A stretch of DNA of 64,000 bases from positions 64,001 through 128,000 of the IMG/VR virus record IMGVR_UViG_2595698868_000001; one strand, 5' to 3'. A program made the translations under genes and the position numbers. Below, piece by piece: positions 37,995 to 45,837 of the stretch (positions within the stretch are counted from its first letter, which is position 1; each line of letters begins with the position of its first letter). This DNA is from a virus. Taxonomy: Duplodnaviria > Caudoviricetes. The notes under the pieces were generated by a model that was given only the letters and a program-made list of their open reading frames with translations, was not told where the DNA came from and made no database searches.

Positions 37995-38501
37995 ATGCTG
38001 ATCAGCACTCAATATCAAGCCCTGAACGCGCAGCTTCACTCAGACCTCGCTACCTATGGGGCCGGCGGCTGGCATTGGATTGGACCCGCGCTCTCCATGG
38101 CGCGTCTGGTCGGCACGCACACCATCCTCGACTATGGCGCTGGCAAGGGCTCGTTCGGCGCCTGGATGCCTCCGGAGTACGAGGTGGTCAACTACGATCC
38201 GGTGACCTATCCGGCGGAGCCGCCTGCCTGTGGATTGGTCGTCTGCCTGGACGTCATGGAGCACATCGAGCCCGACTGCCTGGAAGACGTCTTGCGCCAT
38301 ATCCGCTCGAAGGCCCAGCGCGCCGCCTTCTTCGTGATCTCGCTACGTCCGGCCCAGAAGACGCTGGCGGACGGCCGCAACGCTCACCTCATCGTCGAAG
38401 ATGCGCGCTTCTGGATCGGCAAGCTGCTTGAGCACTTCCGGACGACGGAAACCATCAATGTCGGTCGCGCCGACGAACTGGTCATTTTGGCTAAGGTCTG
38501 A
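37995..38501 (+). CDS. class I SAM methyltransferase
   Basis: ILDYGAGKG and CLDVMEHIE motifs. Confidence 0.8.
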   Translation: MLISTQYQALNAQLHSDLATYGAGGWHWIGPALSMARLVGTHTILDYGAGKGSFGAWMPPEYEVVNYDPVTYPAEPPACGLVVCLDVMEHIEPDCLEDVLRHIRSKAQRAAFFVISLRPAQKTLADGRNAHLIVEDARFWIGKLLEHFRTTETINVGRADELVILAKV

Positions 38502-38509
38502 GTACGCGT

Positions 38510-39385
38510 ATGGGTTACGGCGACAAGCTTATGGCGATCGGAGACGCATGGGCAATGCACCAGCGCGATCCGATGAAGCGTAAGGTGGCGATCGGTGATG
38601 GTCGCAACATCGACAAGACGGACCTCAACCTGACCTGGGGACTGGAGCATTTCCTGGCGACGCAGGAAGAGGTCGACTCCGGCTACCCGATCAATTGGGT
38701 GATCAGCTACCCCGGCAACCGACCCTACATCGACTACGGCGCAGTGCGCTCGGCCCTGGTCCGACAGGGCATCCGGCTCATCAAGCCGCGCAAGATGATC
38801 GGGAAGCTGGGGCACTACATCTTCGATCTCTCCTATCGCCCGCGCCCAGCCCCGATCAAGCTGACGCCCGAGGAAGAAGCCATTGCCGAAGAGTGGGCCG
38901 CCAAGGGGCCGTTCGTGGTGATCGAGGGCTTCACCAAGGCGCGCGCCTCGCCGAACAAGCAGTGGCCCGTGGATCGGTTCCGTGAAGTCGCCCGGACGCT
39001 GAAGCGGGAAATTCCGGTCTATCAGATCGGGGCCGCCGGCACGATGCCGCTGCTGCCGAGCCTGCCGCAGATTCGACCCGAAAGCTTCCGCCAGTCCCTG
39101 GCCTATCTGAAGGCTGCGTCCCTCTACATTGGGCCTGAAGGTGGGCTTCATCACGGTTCTCGCGCGATGAACACGCGCGCAGTGGTGATCTACGGCGGGT
39201 TCACATCGCCGCTCATCACGGGCTACCCCGATCTGCACATCAACCTGACCGGGGACAACGAGGGCCGCGCCTGCGGCTCTAAGAATGAGTGCATGCACTG
39301 CACCAAGGCGCTCCAGAGCATCTCGCCTGGAGAAGTCCTGGCGCATGCTCGTCGGCAATTGGAGAAGGTCCATGCTGGACTCTAA
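38510..39385 (+). CDS. GT9 (heptosyltransferase-like) glycosyltransferase
   Basis: MGYGD, NKQWP and YIGPEGGLHH motifs. Confidence 0.75.
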   Translation: MGYGDKLMAIGDAWAMHQRDPMKRKVAIGDGRNIDKTDLNLTWGLEHFLATQEEVDSGYPINWVISYPGNRPYIDYGAVRSALVRQGIRLIKPRKMIGKLGHYIFDLSYRPRPAPIKLTPEEEAIAEEWAAKGPFVVIEGFTKARASPNKQWPVDRFREVARTLKREIPVYQIGAAGTMPLLPSLPQIRPESFRQSLAYLKAASLYIGPEGGLHHGSRAMNTRAVVIYGGFTSPLITGYPDLHINLTGDNEGRACGSKNECMHCTKALQSISPGEVLAHARRQLEKVHAGL

Positions 39386-39635
39386 GCCGGGCTATCACGT
39401 CGCGGAAATCCCGAAGGGCGTCCTTGGCGAACCGTCCAAGATCGCCGAGGAACACGCCGAGTTCCAGGACGCCGTCTCGCAGGGCATCAAGATCATGGCC
39501 CTGGTCGAACTGGCGGACCTCTACGGCGCCATCAAGAAGTACCTCGAAAAGCATCACCCCGGCGTCACCTTCGACGATCTGGACGCCATGAGTTTCGTCA
39601 CCGAAAGGGCATTCATCAATGGCCGCCGCACTTAA
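39372..39635 (+). CDS. hypothetical phage protein
   Basis: GYHVAEIPKGVLGE...ELADLYGAI (MazG-like EE..E..D pattern); overlaps both neighbours. Confidence 0.6.
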   Translation: MLDSKPGYHVAEIPKGVLGEPSKIAEEHAEFQDAVSQGIKIMALVELADLYGAIKKYLEKHHPGVTFDDLDAMSFVTERAFINGRRT

Positions 39636-40473
39636 TTGGCGGGACATTCCCGTCGCCGATTGCGAGTTCAGCGTCAAAGCTTTGAACGCGATCTGGAACG
39701 ATCACGGACCGAACGTCACCCTGGGCATGCTCGCCTCCAAGTCCGATGAGGAACTGGTGCGCTCCGCCCACATCGGTCGCAAGACCCTGAAGGAAATCCG
39801 CGCCATGATCGACGTCATCTCGCAGCAGCATCCCGGCCCGGCGCCGCAACGTCCGGTCTTCATCCCGCACGCCTCGATCGACTGGTCGCTGCTGGCGCGC
39901 GCCGTGGATTTCTATCAAGCCCATGGCTTCAAGTACGTCGAGTTGCCCTGGGCAGTCAGTCGCGAGAGCGTCGCCATCACCTGTCCCAAGCCGGAGTTCA
40001 CTGCGGAGGTCGAGGGCCTGGGCAGCCTCGTGGGATCGGCCGAGCAATCGTTTCTGCACATGGACCTCGCCGGCAAGCTCGGCAAGGGTCGCTTCTGCGC
40101 CCTGACGCCGTGTTTCCGTCTGGGCGATTACGAAGATGACCTGCACCATCCCTACTTCATGAAGGTGGAACTCTACGCCAACAATGCCGAGGGCATCTCG
40201 GTGATGATGAAGGACCAGGAGGTGGCGCCGCCCGAGGCTCGGGCCATGATGTCACTGCTGCACATGATGAGCATCGTCGGCCAGTTCAACCGTACGATCC
40301 TGGGTGACGAGGAGGTGGACAACCTTCGCGGCGTCCAGACGGCTGAGGGCTTCGATGTCGAACTGAATGGAATCGAGATCGGCAGCTATGGAGTTCGCCA
40401 GCACGGCGAACATGTCTGGGTCTATGGTACCGGCGTCGCCGAGCCGCGCTTTTCTCAAGCTCGGCGCGCCTAG
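39619..40473 (+). CDS. RNAP alpha-CTD-like domain fused to class II aminoacyl-tRNA synthetase-like catalytic core
   Basis: FSVKALNAI...LGMLASKSDEELVRSAHIGRKTLKEI; GFKYVELP, GSAEQ, TPCFR, FMKVEL, IEIGSYG and GTGVAEPR. Confidence 0.65.
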   Translation: MAAALNWRDIPVADCEFSVKALNAIWNDHGPNVTLGMLASKSDEELVRSAHIGRKTLKEIRAMIDVISQQHPGPAPQRPVFIPHASIDWSLLARAVDFYQAHGFKYVELPWAVSRESVAITCPKPEFTAEVEGLGSLVGSAEQSFLHMDLAGKLGKGRFCALTPCFRLGDYEDDLHHPYFMKVELYANNAEGISVMMKDQEVAPPEARAMMSLLHMMSIVGQFNRTILGDEEVDNLRGVQTAEGFDVELNGIEIGSYGVRQHGEHVWVYGTGVAEPRFSQARRA

Positions 40474-40549
40474 CCGATTTCTTGACCGCTGTCAACAATG
40501 CTGGCAGGATGCCGTTAACCAAACTGGCATCTTGCTGAGCCTCTCTGAC

Positions 40550-41161
40550 ATGCAAATTTCCGCCGAGGGGCTGAAGATCATTCAGTCCGCCGAAAAGTTC
40601 GAGCCCAAGTTCTACTACGAGAACGCCCACATCGCCACGGTAGGCTGGGGGCACGCGCTCACGACGCCCGCCGGCCAACTGATCGACTACGACGTCTTCG
40701 GGCGGGCTAAGGCTGACCAACTGGCGCGCGAAGCCATGCAGCGCATGTTCGGAAAGCAAGAGATCACGGTCCCTGAAGCCGATGCGCTCCTGACGAAGGA
40801 CTTGGCGCGATTCGTCGCGGCCGTCAATGCGGTGGCGGACGACAAGACCTATCAGTGCGAATTCGACGCCATGGTCTCCATGGCCTTCAACATCGGCACC
40901 GCCGGCTTCGCGAGTTCGGCCGTCGCCCGCTTGCACAAGGCCGGTAACCGCAAGGTTGGTCAGGTCTCGATGAGCGCGTTGTCGGCCGCCGCGAAGAACA
41001 AGGCCTCACCGACGGACATCAAGATCGCCTTCGTGCGCTGGTCCAACGTCAACGGGGCCTATTCGTTGGGCCTTTTCCGCCGCCGCCTCGCCGAGATCAT
41101 GGTCTATGGCGGTATGAAGGCTGAAGATGCGCTGAAGACGGCTTGGAGTTTCAAGGGCTAA
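40550..41161 (+). CDS. endolysin (GH24 lysozyme-like)
   Basis: ISAEGLKIIQSAE, TVGWGH, FDAMVSMAFNIG and GLFRRRLAE. Confidence 0.88.
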   Translation: MQISAEGLKIIQSAEKFEPKFYYENAHIATVGWGHALTTPAGQLIDYDVFGRAKADQLAREAMQRMFGKQEITVPEADALLTKDLARFVAAVNAVADDKTYQCEFDAMVSMAFNIGTAGFASSAVARLHKAGNRKVGQVSMSALSAAAKNKASPTDIKIAFVRWSNVNGAYSLGLFRRRLAEIMVYGGMKAEDALKTAWSFKG

Positions 41162-41634
41162 TGCAGATGCCGGCAATGCCCAACATGGCCCAGGCGCAAG
41201 GATACTTCCAGCGATTTTCTGGCTGGGTAGGGTCCACGGTCAAGACGCTCTGTGACCGTCCCGACCATCTTCAGCGCCTCGCCATCATCGGCGCCGGCAT
41301 GGTCGTCCAGTTGACCATGTGGGCCGTCATTCTCATCGTCTGGCTCGGCTACGACCGCACGCCCGAACTCCAGTCGCAGTCGCTCAACTTCATGGGTTGG
41401 GCATTGATGGGCTCCATGGCTCTTTGGGGTCTCGTCGTCGTCACGCTGCTGGGTACGATCAAGGGCCTATCGATCGCAGGTCCCGGAGGCTTCGGCATCA
41501 ACCTGCTGACCACGGCTGACGATCCGGACGTCGACCCCAGCACGCCACGCGGACATGACCATGGTGGCTGGCGCGGCGGCGGCGGAGGCGGTCCGCCGCC
41601 CGACGGTGGCAAGCAAATTCAGGTGACCGACTAG
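41161..41634 (+). CDS. putative holin
   Basis: Two transmembrane helices; lies between endolysin and spanins. Confidence 0.55.
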   Translation: MQMPAMPNMAQAQGYFQRFSGWVGSTVKTLCDRPDHLQRLAIIGAGMVVQLTMWAVILIVWLGYDRTPELQSQSLNFMGWALMGSMALWGLVVVTLLGTIKGLSIAGPGGFGINLLTTADDPDVDPSTPRGHDHGGWRGGGGGGPPPDGGKQIQVTD

Positions 41635-42141
41635 ATGTTCTCGATCCTCCTCCACATGCTCATCTCGCCAGCGACCCTCTGGGGCGTCGGCGGCGTAGCG
41701 CTGATCGCGGTGGCTCTCTACTTCACCGCAGGCCCGGTCTTCCTGTGGAAGCTCGCTTCGGATATCCGCACGTGGTTTGCGATCGCGGCCGTGTTGGCGG
41801 TCCTGGCTTTCGCTCATAGCGAAAAGCAGAACAGTGATCTGAAGGCGCAGATCGCCCAGGCTGCTGAACAGAAGACCGCCGACAAGGACGCCCAGAAGAC
41901 CTCCGACCTGCGTGTCAAGCAGAAGACGGCTCGGGCATCGCAGACCCAGCGTTACCAAGCCGTCATCACCAACGCCACCCCCGGAACTGAAGTGGACACC
42001 CTTCTCGATGCAATCGCCGCTGATCAAGCCCACGCCCCTGTCGTCCGCGCTTCGCCGCCTGTCCAAGGCCCTGTTTCTGATCCCGCTCCTGGTGGTGGTC
42101 ACGGGCTGCTCAAGCGTCCCGACGTCACTGTTGTCCCCTGA
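41635..42141 (+). CDS. i-spanin (Rz-like)
   Basis: N-terminal TM segments followed by a coiled coil; overlapped by a lipoprotein gene. Confidence 0.65.
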   Translation: MFSILLHMLISPATLWGVGGVALIAVALYFTAGPVFLWKLASDIRTWFAIAAVLAVLAFAHSEKQNSDLKAQIAQAAEQKTADKDAQKTSDLRVKQKTARASQTQRYQAVITNATPGTEVDTLLDAIAADQAHAPVVRASPPVQGPVSDPAPGGGHGLLKRPDVTVVP

Positions 42142-42388
42142 CAGCCTCTACCCGGATTCGATCACGTCCTGCGCGCCTGAACCGGAAGTGCCAGCGCGCC
42201 CGGCGCCCAACGTCGCACGACCGGAGTCGGTGAAGGCGACCTACCTCAATGGCGTGCGCTGGGCCGGCGCGGACTGCCGCGACACGGTCGCCGCCACGGC
42301 CCAGCGCAAGATCGACTACAAGAAGCAGTACGACGCCGCCACGGCGCCGGCCTGGAAGAAGCTCTTCAAGTTCGGCAAGAAGGAATAG
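42008..42388 (+). CDS. o-spanin (Rz1-like lipoprotein)
   Basis: Signal peptide ending LLVVVTG-C lipobox, Pro-rich mature part, overlaps i-spanin in another frame. Confidence 0.7.
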   Translation: MQSPLIKPTPLSSALRRLSKALFLIPLLVVVTGCSSVPTSLLSPDSLYPDSITSCAPEPEVPARPAPNVARPESVKATYLNGVRWAGADCRDTVAATAQRKIDYKKQYDAATAPAWKKLFKFGKKE

Positions 42389-42392
42389 CGCC

Positions 42393-42551
42393 ATGCGTGA
42401 AGGTTATCGCGAAATCGACACTGGCTGGATCGGTGACGGCGGTTCGGCCGGCGTCTCGCCCGGAGGTGGCGCGATGGAAGGGGACGGAGGCACGGGCTGC
42501 ATCGGGGATGGGGGCGGCGGCTGCGTCGACTTCGGAGACGGAGGCACCTAG
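42393..42551 (+). CDS. small Gly-rich peptide with GDGG repeats
   Basis: AAGGAA RBS; 52 aa; four xGDGG units. Confidence 0.45.
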   Translation: MREGYREIDTGWIGDGGSAGVSPGGGAMEGDGGTGCIGDGGGGCVDFGDGGT

Positions 42552-42590
42552 ATTTAGTCCCCAAACTGAGTCGACTCCACGACGGTTTTC

Positions 42591-42619
42591 TTGACAGATC
42601 GCCGTTCGTTAATCATAAT
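42591..42619 (+). promoter_or_regulatory. sigma70-type promoter
   Basis: TTGACA-17 nt-CATAAT. Confidence 0.7.
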
Positions 42620-42625
42620 GCGCGT

Positions 42626-43027
42626 CTCTTGAAAAGCTCGCCTCTAATCGGGGCGGGCTTTCTTTTGCCTTAGATGGCATGGCCCCGTGGAAACGGGCCA
42701 AAGCGGTAGGCGCCGGCCTGGGAAACCTTGCACGCGCCACACGCTGTTCCGGCTGGAAAGCCGGCTTATAGTAGGAGGGTCGCCTAGCGCCTCTCCACCC
42801 TGGGACGTCACAGCTACGGCTCTGGCGTCGTCATTGTGAGGTGAGAACGCCTTCCTCACGCACGCTGGGACGCCGGCGTAAAGTACGAGGGCAAAAGGGA
42901 CGTCCATGTTGGCGTCCACCCGTCGGAAGAGATGCGGGAGCCCGGTCGACTTGTCGGCCGGCTGAAAACCGAGGACCCCGCCGCAATGACAAAGGCCCGC
43001 CGGAGTGATCCGGCGGGCCTTCCTTTT
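42626..43027 (+). ncRNA. putative large structured ncRNA
   Basis: No credible ORF; dense hairpins between a promoter and a terminator. Confidence 0.45.
42991..43027. terminator. likely bidirectional intrinsic terminator
   Basis: AAGGCCCGCCGGA-GTGA-TCCGGCGGGCCTT then CCTTTT, between convergent units. Confidence 0.8.
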
Positions 43028-43046
43028 ATCGGCTTCCGGCGTCCGC

Positions 43047-44456
43047 TTAGTCGCGGACACCCTCTGGCAGGAGCGCCTCGCCGATCACGCCGGCGTTCTC
43101 GGCCTCGTGGATGAAGCGCAGGACCGACTCCGAGAAGCCGTCGATGTGCGTCCACTTGCCGTAGCCGATGCCGTTCTTCGCCGAAGCGACGTTGATCACG
43201 TACGAATGCTTGACCTTCGGAGCCGGCATGCTACCGCCGCCCAGCATGTGGTTGACGGTCTTGCCCGAGGCTTGCTCATCGGTGATGATGATCAGGCGAT
43301 CGAACTCGAACTTCGACTGGACGGTGGCGACCGCTTGCACGAGCGCCGTACCGATGTGCGGCTGCGAACGACGGATCGCGTCGACGCCGGCCATGCCCTT
43401 GCGGGCGGGCACTTCCACGATCTTGTTCGAGAAGCTGATCACGCGCAGGTCTTCGGCCGGGATGACCGAGGCTAGGGCGCTAGCCGCGTCGATACGCGTC
43501 AGATCGGACTTGCCCGAGAGCTTCTCGTCCATGGAGCCCGACACGTCCACCATGACCACGGTGCGGCCCGGCAGCTTCGGCATGTCGGCGATCGAGGCGA
43601 TCAGCGCTTCGTCCAGGGCCGGTTCGAACGTCGGCGCCGCACGAGCCGCCGCGATGTAGCGGAACGGCAGGACGCGGTGCGCGCCGCCCTTGCGGGCCTT
43701 GATCGCATCGATCACCAGCTTGCGGTCGACTCCGGCCTGCTCCATGTTGCGCAGGTTGCGCAGCAGGGCGAGGTAGCCGAGCTTTTTGTCTTCCAGCAGA
43801 CGGGTGAACTCCGCCTTCTTGTCGCCGCCGGCCGACAGCGCTACTTCCCAGGTGTCCGGCGACTCCAGCGTCTGATCGACCAGCCCCTTGTACAGGGACT
43901 GACGCTCGTCGTTGGCGGCCTTCGGGTGGCTCAGGAACAGCACGTCGCGCAGACGCACTTCCTTGGCGCGGTCGTACTTGGCGATCTGATACGCGTCGAA
44001 CTTGGCGAACGCCTTGGCGAGGCCGAGCTTCATCTGCTTGGACAGCGGCGCCTTGCGGGCGCCGTCGCGCGGTGGGTTGTACTTCCAGTACAGCGCCACC
44101 AGTTCCGACAGTTCGTCGGCGCGCTGGATCACGCGGGCGATCGTCTCCGAGACGAGGCCGTTGCCCGAGCCGCGCTTGGCCAGGGTGACGAGCAGCAGCA
44201 GGGGGACGTGCCGCAGGTTGGCGACTTCGCGCGCTTCGATGGCGATCTGGGCCAGGGTGTCGACCGGGACCTGCTCAGCGAGCTTGGCGATGCGGGTGCT
44301 GATCTCGACGCCGTCCTCGTAGGCCTCGTTCTCGAACAGCAGGCAGGACATCACCGACCGGCGCAGCGCCTGGACGGCCGTCATGCGGGCTGCGGGAGCG
44401 CCCTCGTGCGTCTTTTCGGTGAAGGTGTTCTTGGTCGAACGGTTGGTCGATGCCAT
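43047..44456 (-). CDS. rsr: Ro60/Rsr TROVE-domain RNA-binding protein with vWA domain
   Basis: THEGAPA N-terminus, YQIAKY, LRDVLFLSHPK, TWEVALS, ALLRNLRNM, DVSGSM MIDAS motif and IIITDEQ. Confidence 0.92.
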   Translation of the reverse strand: MASTNRSTKNTFTEKTHEGAPAARMTAVQALRRSVMSCLLFENEAYEDGVEISTRIAKLAEQVPVDTLAQIAIEAREVANLRHVPLLLLVTLAKRGSGNGLVSETIARVIQRADELSELVALYWKYNPPRDGARKAPLSKQMKLGLAKAFAKFDAYQIAKYDRAKEVRLRDVLFLSHPKAANDERQSLYKGLVDQTLESPDTWEVALSAGGDKKAEFTRLLEDKKLGYLALLRNLRNMEQAGVDRKLVIDAIKARKGGAHRVLPFRYIAAARAAPTFEPALDEALIASIADMPKLPGRTVVMVDVSGSMDEKLSGKSDLTRIDAASALASVIPAEDLRVISFSNKIVEVPARKGMAGVDAIRRSQPHIGTALVQAVATVQSKFEFDRLIIITDEQASGKTVNHMLGGGSMPAPKVKHSYVINVASAKNGIGYGKWTHIDGFSESVLRFIHEAENAGVIGEALLPEGVRD

Positions 44457-44492
44457 GGTCGGGTCGGCTCCTCTACTGCGTCAAAGGGTTGA

Positions 44493-44634
44493 CCGCAAGG
44501 TTGAGGGGGAACAAGTCGTCCACGGGGTGCGTCTACCAATTCCGCCATCCCTTTCCGAAGATTGGGAGCAGGGCTTGAACCTGCATTTCGCTTTACCGAA
44601 GTATCCGTGTACTACGCCACCCTCAACCTTGCGG
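44493..44634 (-). ncRNA. Y-RNA-like unit A (permuted tRNA module, Leu-type D arm)
   Basis: Terminal stem CCGCAAGGTTGAGGG/CCCTCAACCTTGCGG; T arm GCAGGTTCAAGCCCTGC, closed acceptor, D arm TGGCGGAATTGGTAGACGC. Confidence 0.8.
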
Positions 44635-44645
44635 CTGATGACTTG

Positions 44646-44807
44646 GAGAGGTTGAGGGGGAACTGGCGAGTACGGTTTCTTATTCCGGTGCGTTTGGCCA
44701 CTCCGCCACATGATCCTGTTGGGGATCAAGGTGGGACTCGAACCCACGTGCCCTTTCGGACGCCGGTTCCACGAAGTATCCGCACTCTGCGCCACCCTCA
44801 ACCTCTC
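44646..44807 (-). ncRNA. Y-RNA-like unit B (permuted class II tRNA module)
   Basis: Terminal stem GAGAGGTTGAGGG; variable arm, T arm GTGGGTTCGAGTCCCAC, acceptor, D arm TGGCGGAGTGGCCAAACGC. Confidence 0.8.
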
Positions 44808-44820
44808 GGTCGTTGGTGTC

Positions 44821-44964
44821 GAGGTAGAGGGGGAACAGGCGGCAACGCGTTTTTAGCGCTCTACCACTGAGCTACCTCGGGCTTTCGGCCCTCGGGTTGG
44901 ACTCGAACCAACGACCTCTCGATTAACAGTCGAAGAACTCGTCGCCTACGCCACCCTCTACCTC
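44821..44964 (-). ncRNA. Y-RNA-like unit C (permuted tRNA module retaining Asn anticodon arm)
   Basis: TCGA-CTGTTAA-TCGA, T arm GTTGGTTCGAGTCCAAC, GAAA-capped acceptor, D arm TAGCTCAGTGGTAGAGC. Confidence 0.82.
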
Positions 44965-44966
44965 AA

Positions 44967-45106
44967 TCGGCGTGTAGGTTGACACATGGGGAACTGGCGC
45001 CGTCGGTTTAGGGGGATCGAACCCCGTGGCGCGGATTTGCAGCCGCACCATTTCAACCAGCGAAGTAGCCGAAAGCTACGCCACCATGTGTCAGCCTACA
45101 CGCCGA
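44967..45106 (-). ncRNA. Y-RNA-like unit D (Cys-like anticodon arm + T arm, no closed acceptor)
   Basis: 23-bp terminal stem; GCGG-CTGCAAAT-CCGC then GGGGTTCGATCCCC. Confidence 0.72.
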
Positions 45107-45110
45107 CACC

Positions 45111-45301
45111 CCGATCATAAGGCGGTGGGGGAACAAGCGATCCCACACACGTTTAGGCGCTCTAACCGCTGAGCTACACGCCCGTCATCAGTTCAGGCCG
45201 AAGCCTGGACTGGTGGTGGACGCGGCTGGATTCGAACCAGCGACCTCCCGCTCCAGATGCGAAGTAAGTGACATCTACGCCACCCACCGCCTCGTGATCG
45301 G
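45111..45301 (-). ncRNA. Y-RNA-like unit E (permuted tRNA with internal CCA and extended acceptor)
   Basis: T arm GCTGGTTCGAATCCAGC, CGCGTCC-A-CCA, UUCG hairpin linker, GGGCGTG-TAGCTCAGCGGTTAGAGC. Confidence 0.8.
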
Positions 45302-45302
45302 T

Positions 45303-45479
45303 GTCGAGTGTGTTTGGGAGGTCCAGGGGATCAAACGAAAAGGCACTTTTTAATGCCGGTTGTTCTACCACTGAACTACATCCGAGTTGCCCCGGATGGC
45401 GGGATTCGAACCCGCGACCCACTGGTTGATGCGAAGAAATCCTCTTCTACGCCACCTGGACCTTCCAAACACACTCGAC
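45303..45479 (-). ncRNA. Y-RNA-like unit F (permuted tRNA module)
   Basis: ~25-bp terminal stem; GCGGGTTCGAATCCCGC, CATCCGG/TCGGATG acceptor, TAGTTCAGTGGTAGAAC. Confidence 0.8.
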
Positions 45480-45497
45480 CTGCCTTTGACGACAGAC

Positions 45498-45616
45498 CGA
45501 CCTGATCAGCGGTGGGGGAACGAGCGCCCCCAGGAAGACTAGACCCGAAGGTCCGGTCGCTTGGTTATGGAAAGCGAAGTACCCGAGGACTACGCCACCC
45601 ACCGCAAATCTGGTCG
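45498..45616 (-). ncRNA. Y-RNA-like unit G (scaffold with non-tRNA cargo)
   Basis: GGTGGCGTAG...TACTTCG...GTTCCCCC scaffold; cargo is a GGACC-TTCG-GGTCT hairpin. Confidence 0.7.
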
Positions 45617-45694
45617 TCCGGGAATTATCGAGGTCGGAAATGGGCCGAAGCCCGCTCTATGCAAAAGAAGTAACCGATCTCTGTCGCCACGGAC
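45616..45694 (-). ncRNA. Y-RNA-like unit H (short, degenerate scaffold)
   Basis: GTCCG/CGGAC stem, GTGGCGACAG...TACTTC...ATTCCC, GGGC-TTCG-GCCC hairpin. Confidence 0.55.
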
Positions 45695-45704
45695 AGTGAC
45701 CTTG

Positions 45705-45740
45705 TCACATAGGCCGATTCCGATGTCAACAATGTTGGCA
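45705..45740 (-). promoter_or_regulatory. putative promoter of the Y-RNA array/Ro60 operon
   Basis: Minus-strand TGCCAACATTGTTGACA (recurring motif; TTGACA at 45729-45724). Confidence 0.55.
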
Positions 45741-45779
45741 AACTTTTTTCGAGAAATGTGTGCCTGACTGTCAGACATG

Positions 45780-45817
45780 AAAAAGGCCCGCGACGATCCG
45801 GATCGTCGCGGGCCTTC
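45780..45817 (-). terminator. intrinsic terminator after the XRE regulator
   Basis: Perfect inverted repeat AAGGCCCGCGACGATC/GATCGTCGCGGGCCTT with a minus-strand T run. Confidence 0.8.
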
Positions 45818-45837
45818 CCCTGGTAGGAGATGACGAC

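Noticed and set aside
44493-45694. CRISPR array or ordinary tRNA cluster
   Set aside because: Repeats are short split motifs inside self-complementary units rather than direct repeats with spacers; tRNA arms are permuted and lack free CCA ends; no cas operon
44383-45778. Short ORFs across the Y-RNA array
   Set aside because: They overlap structured RNA units, with no coding bias or RBS
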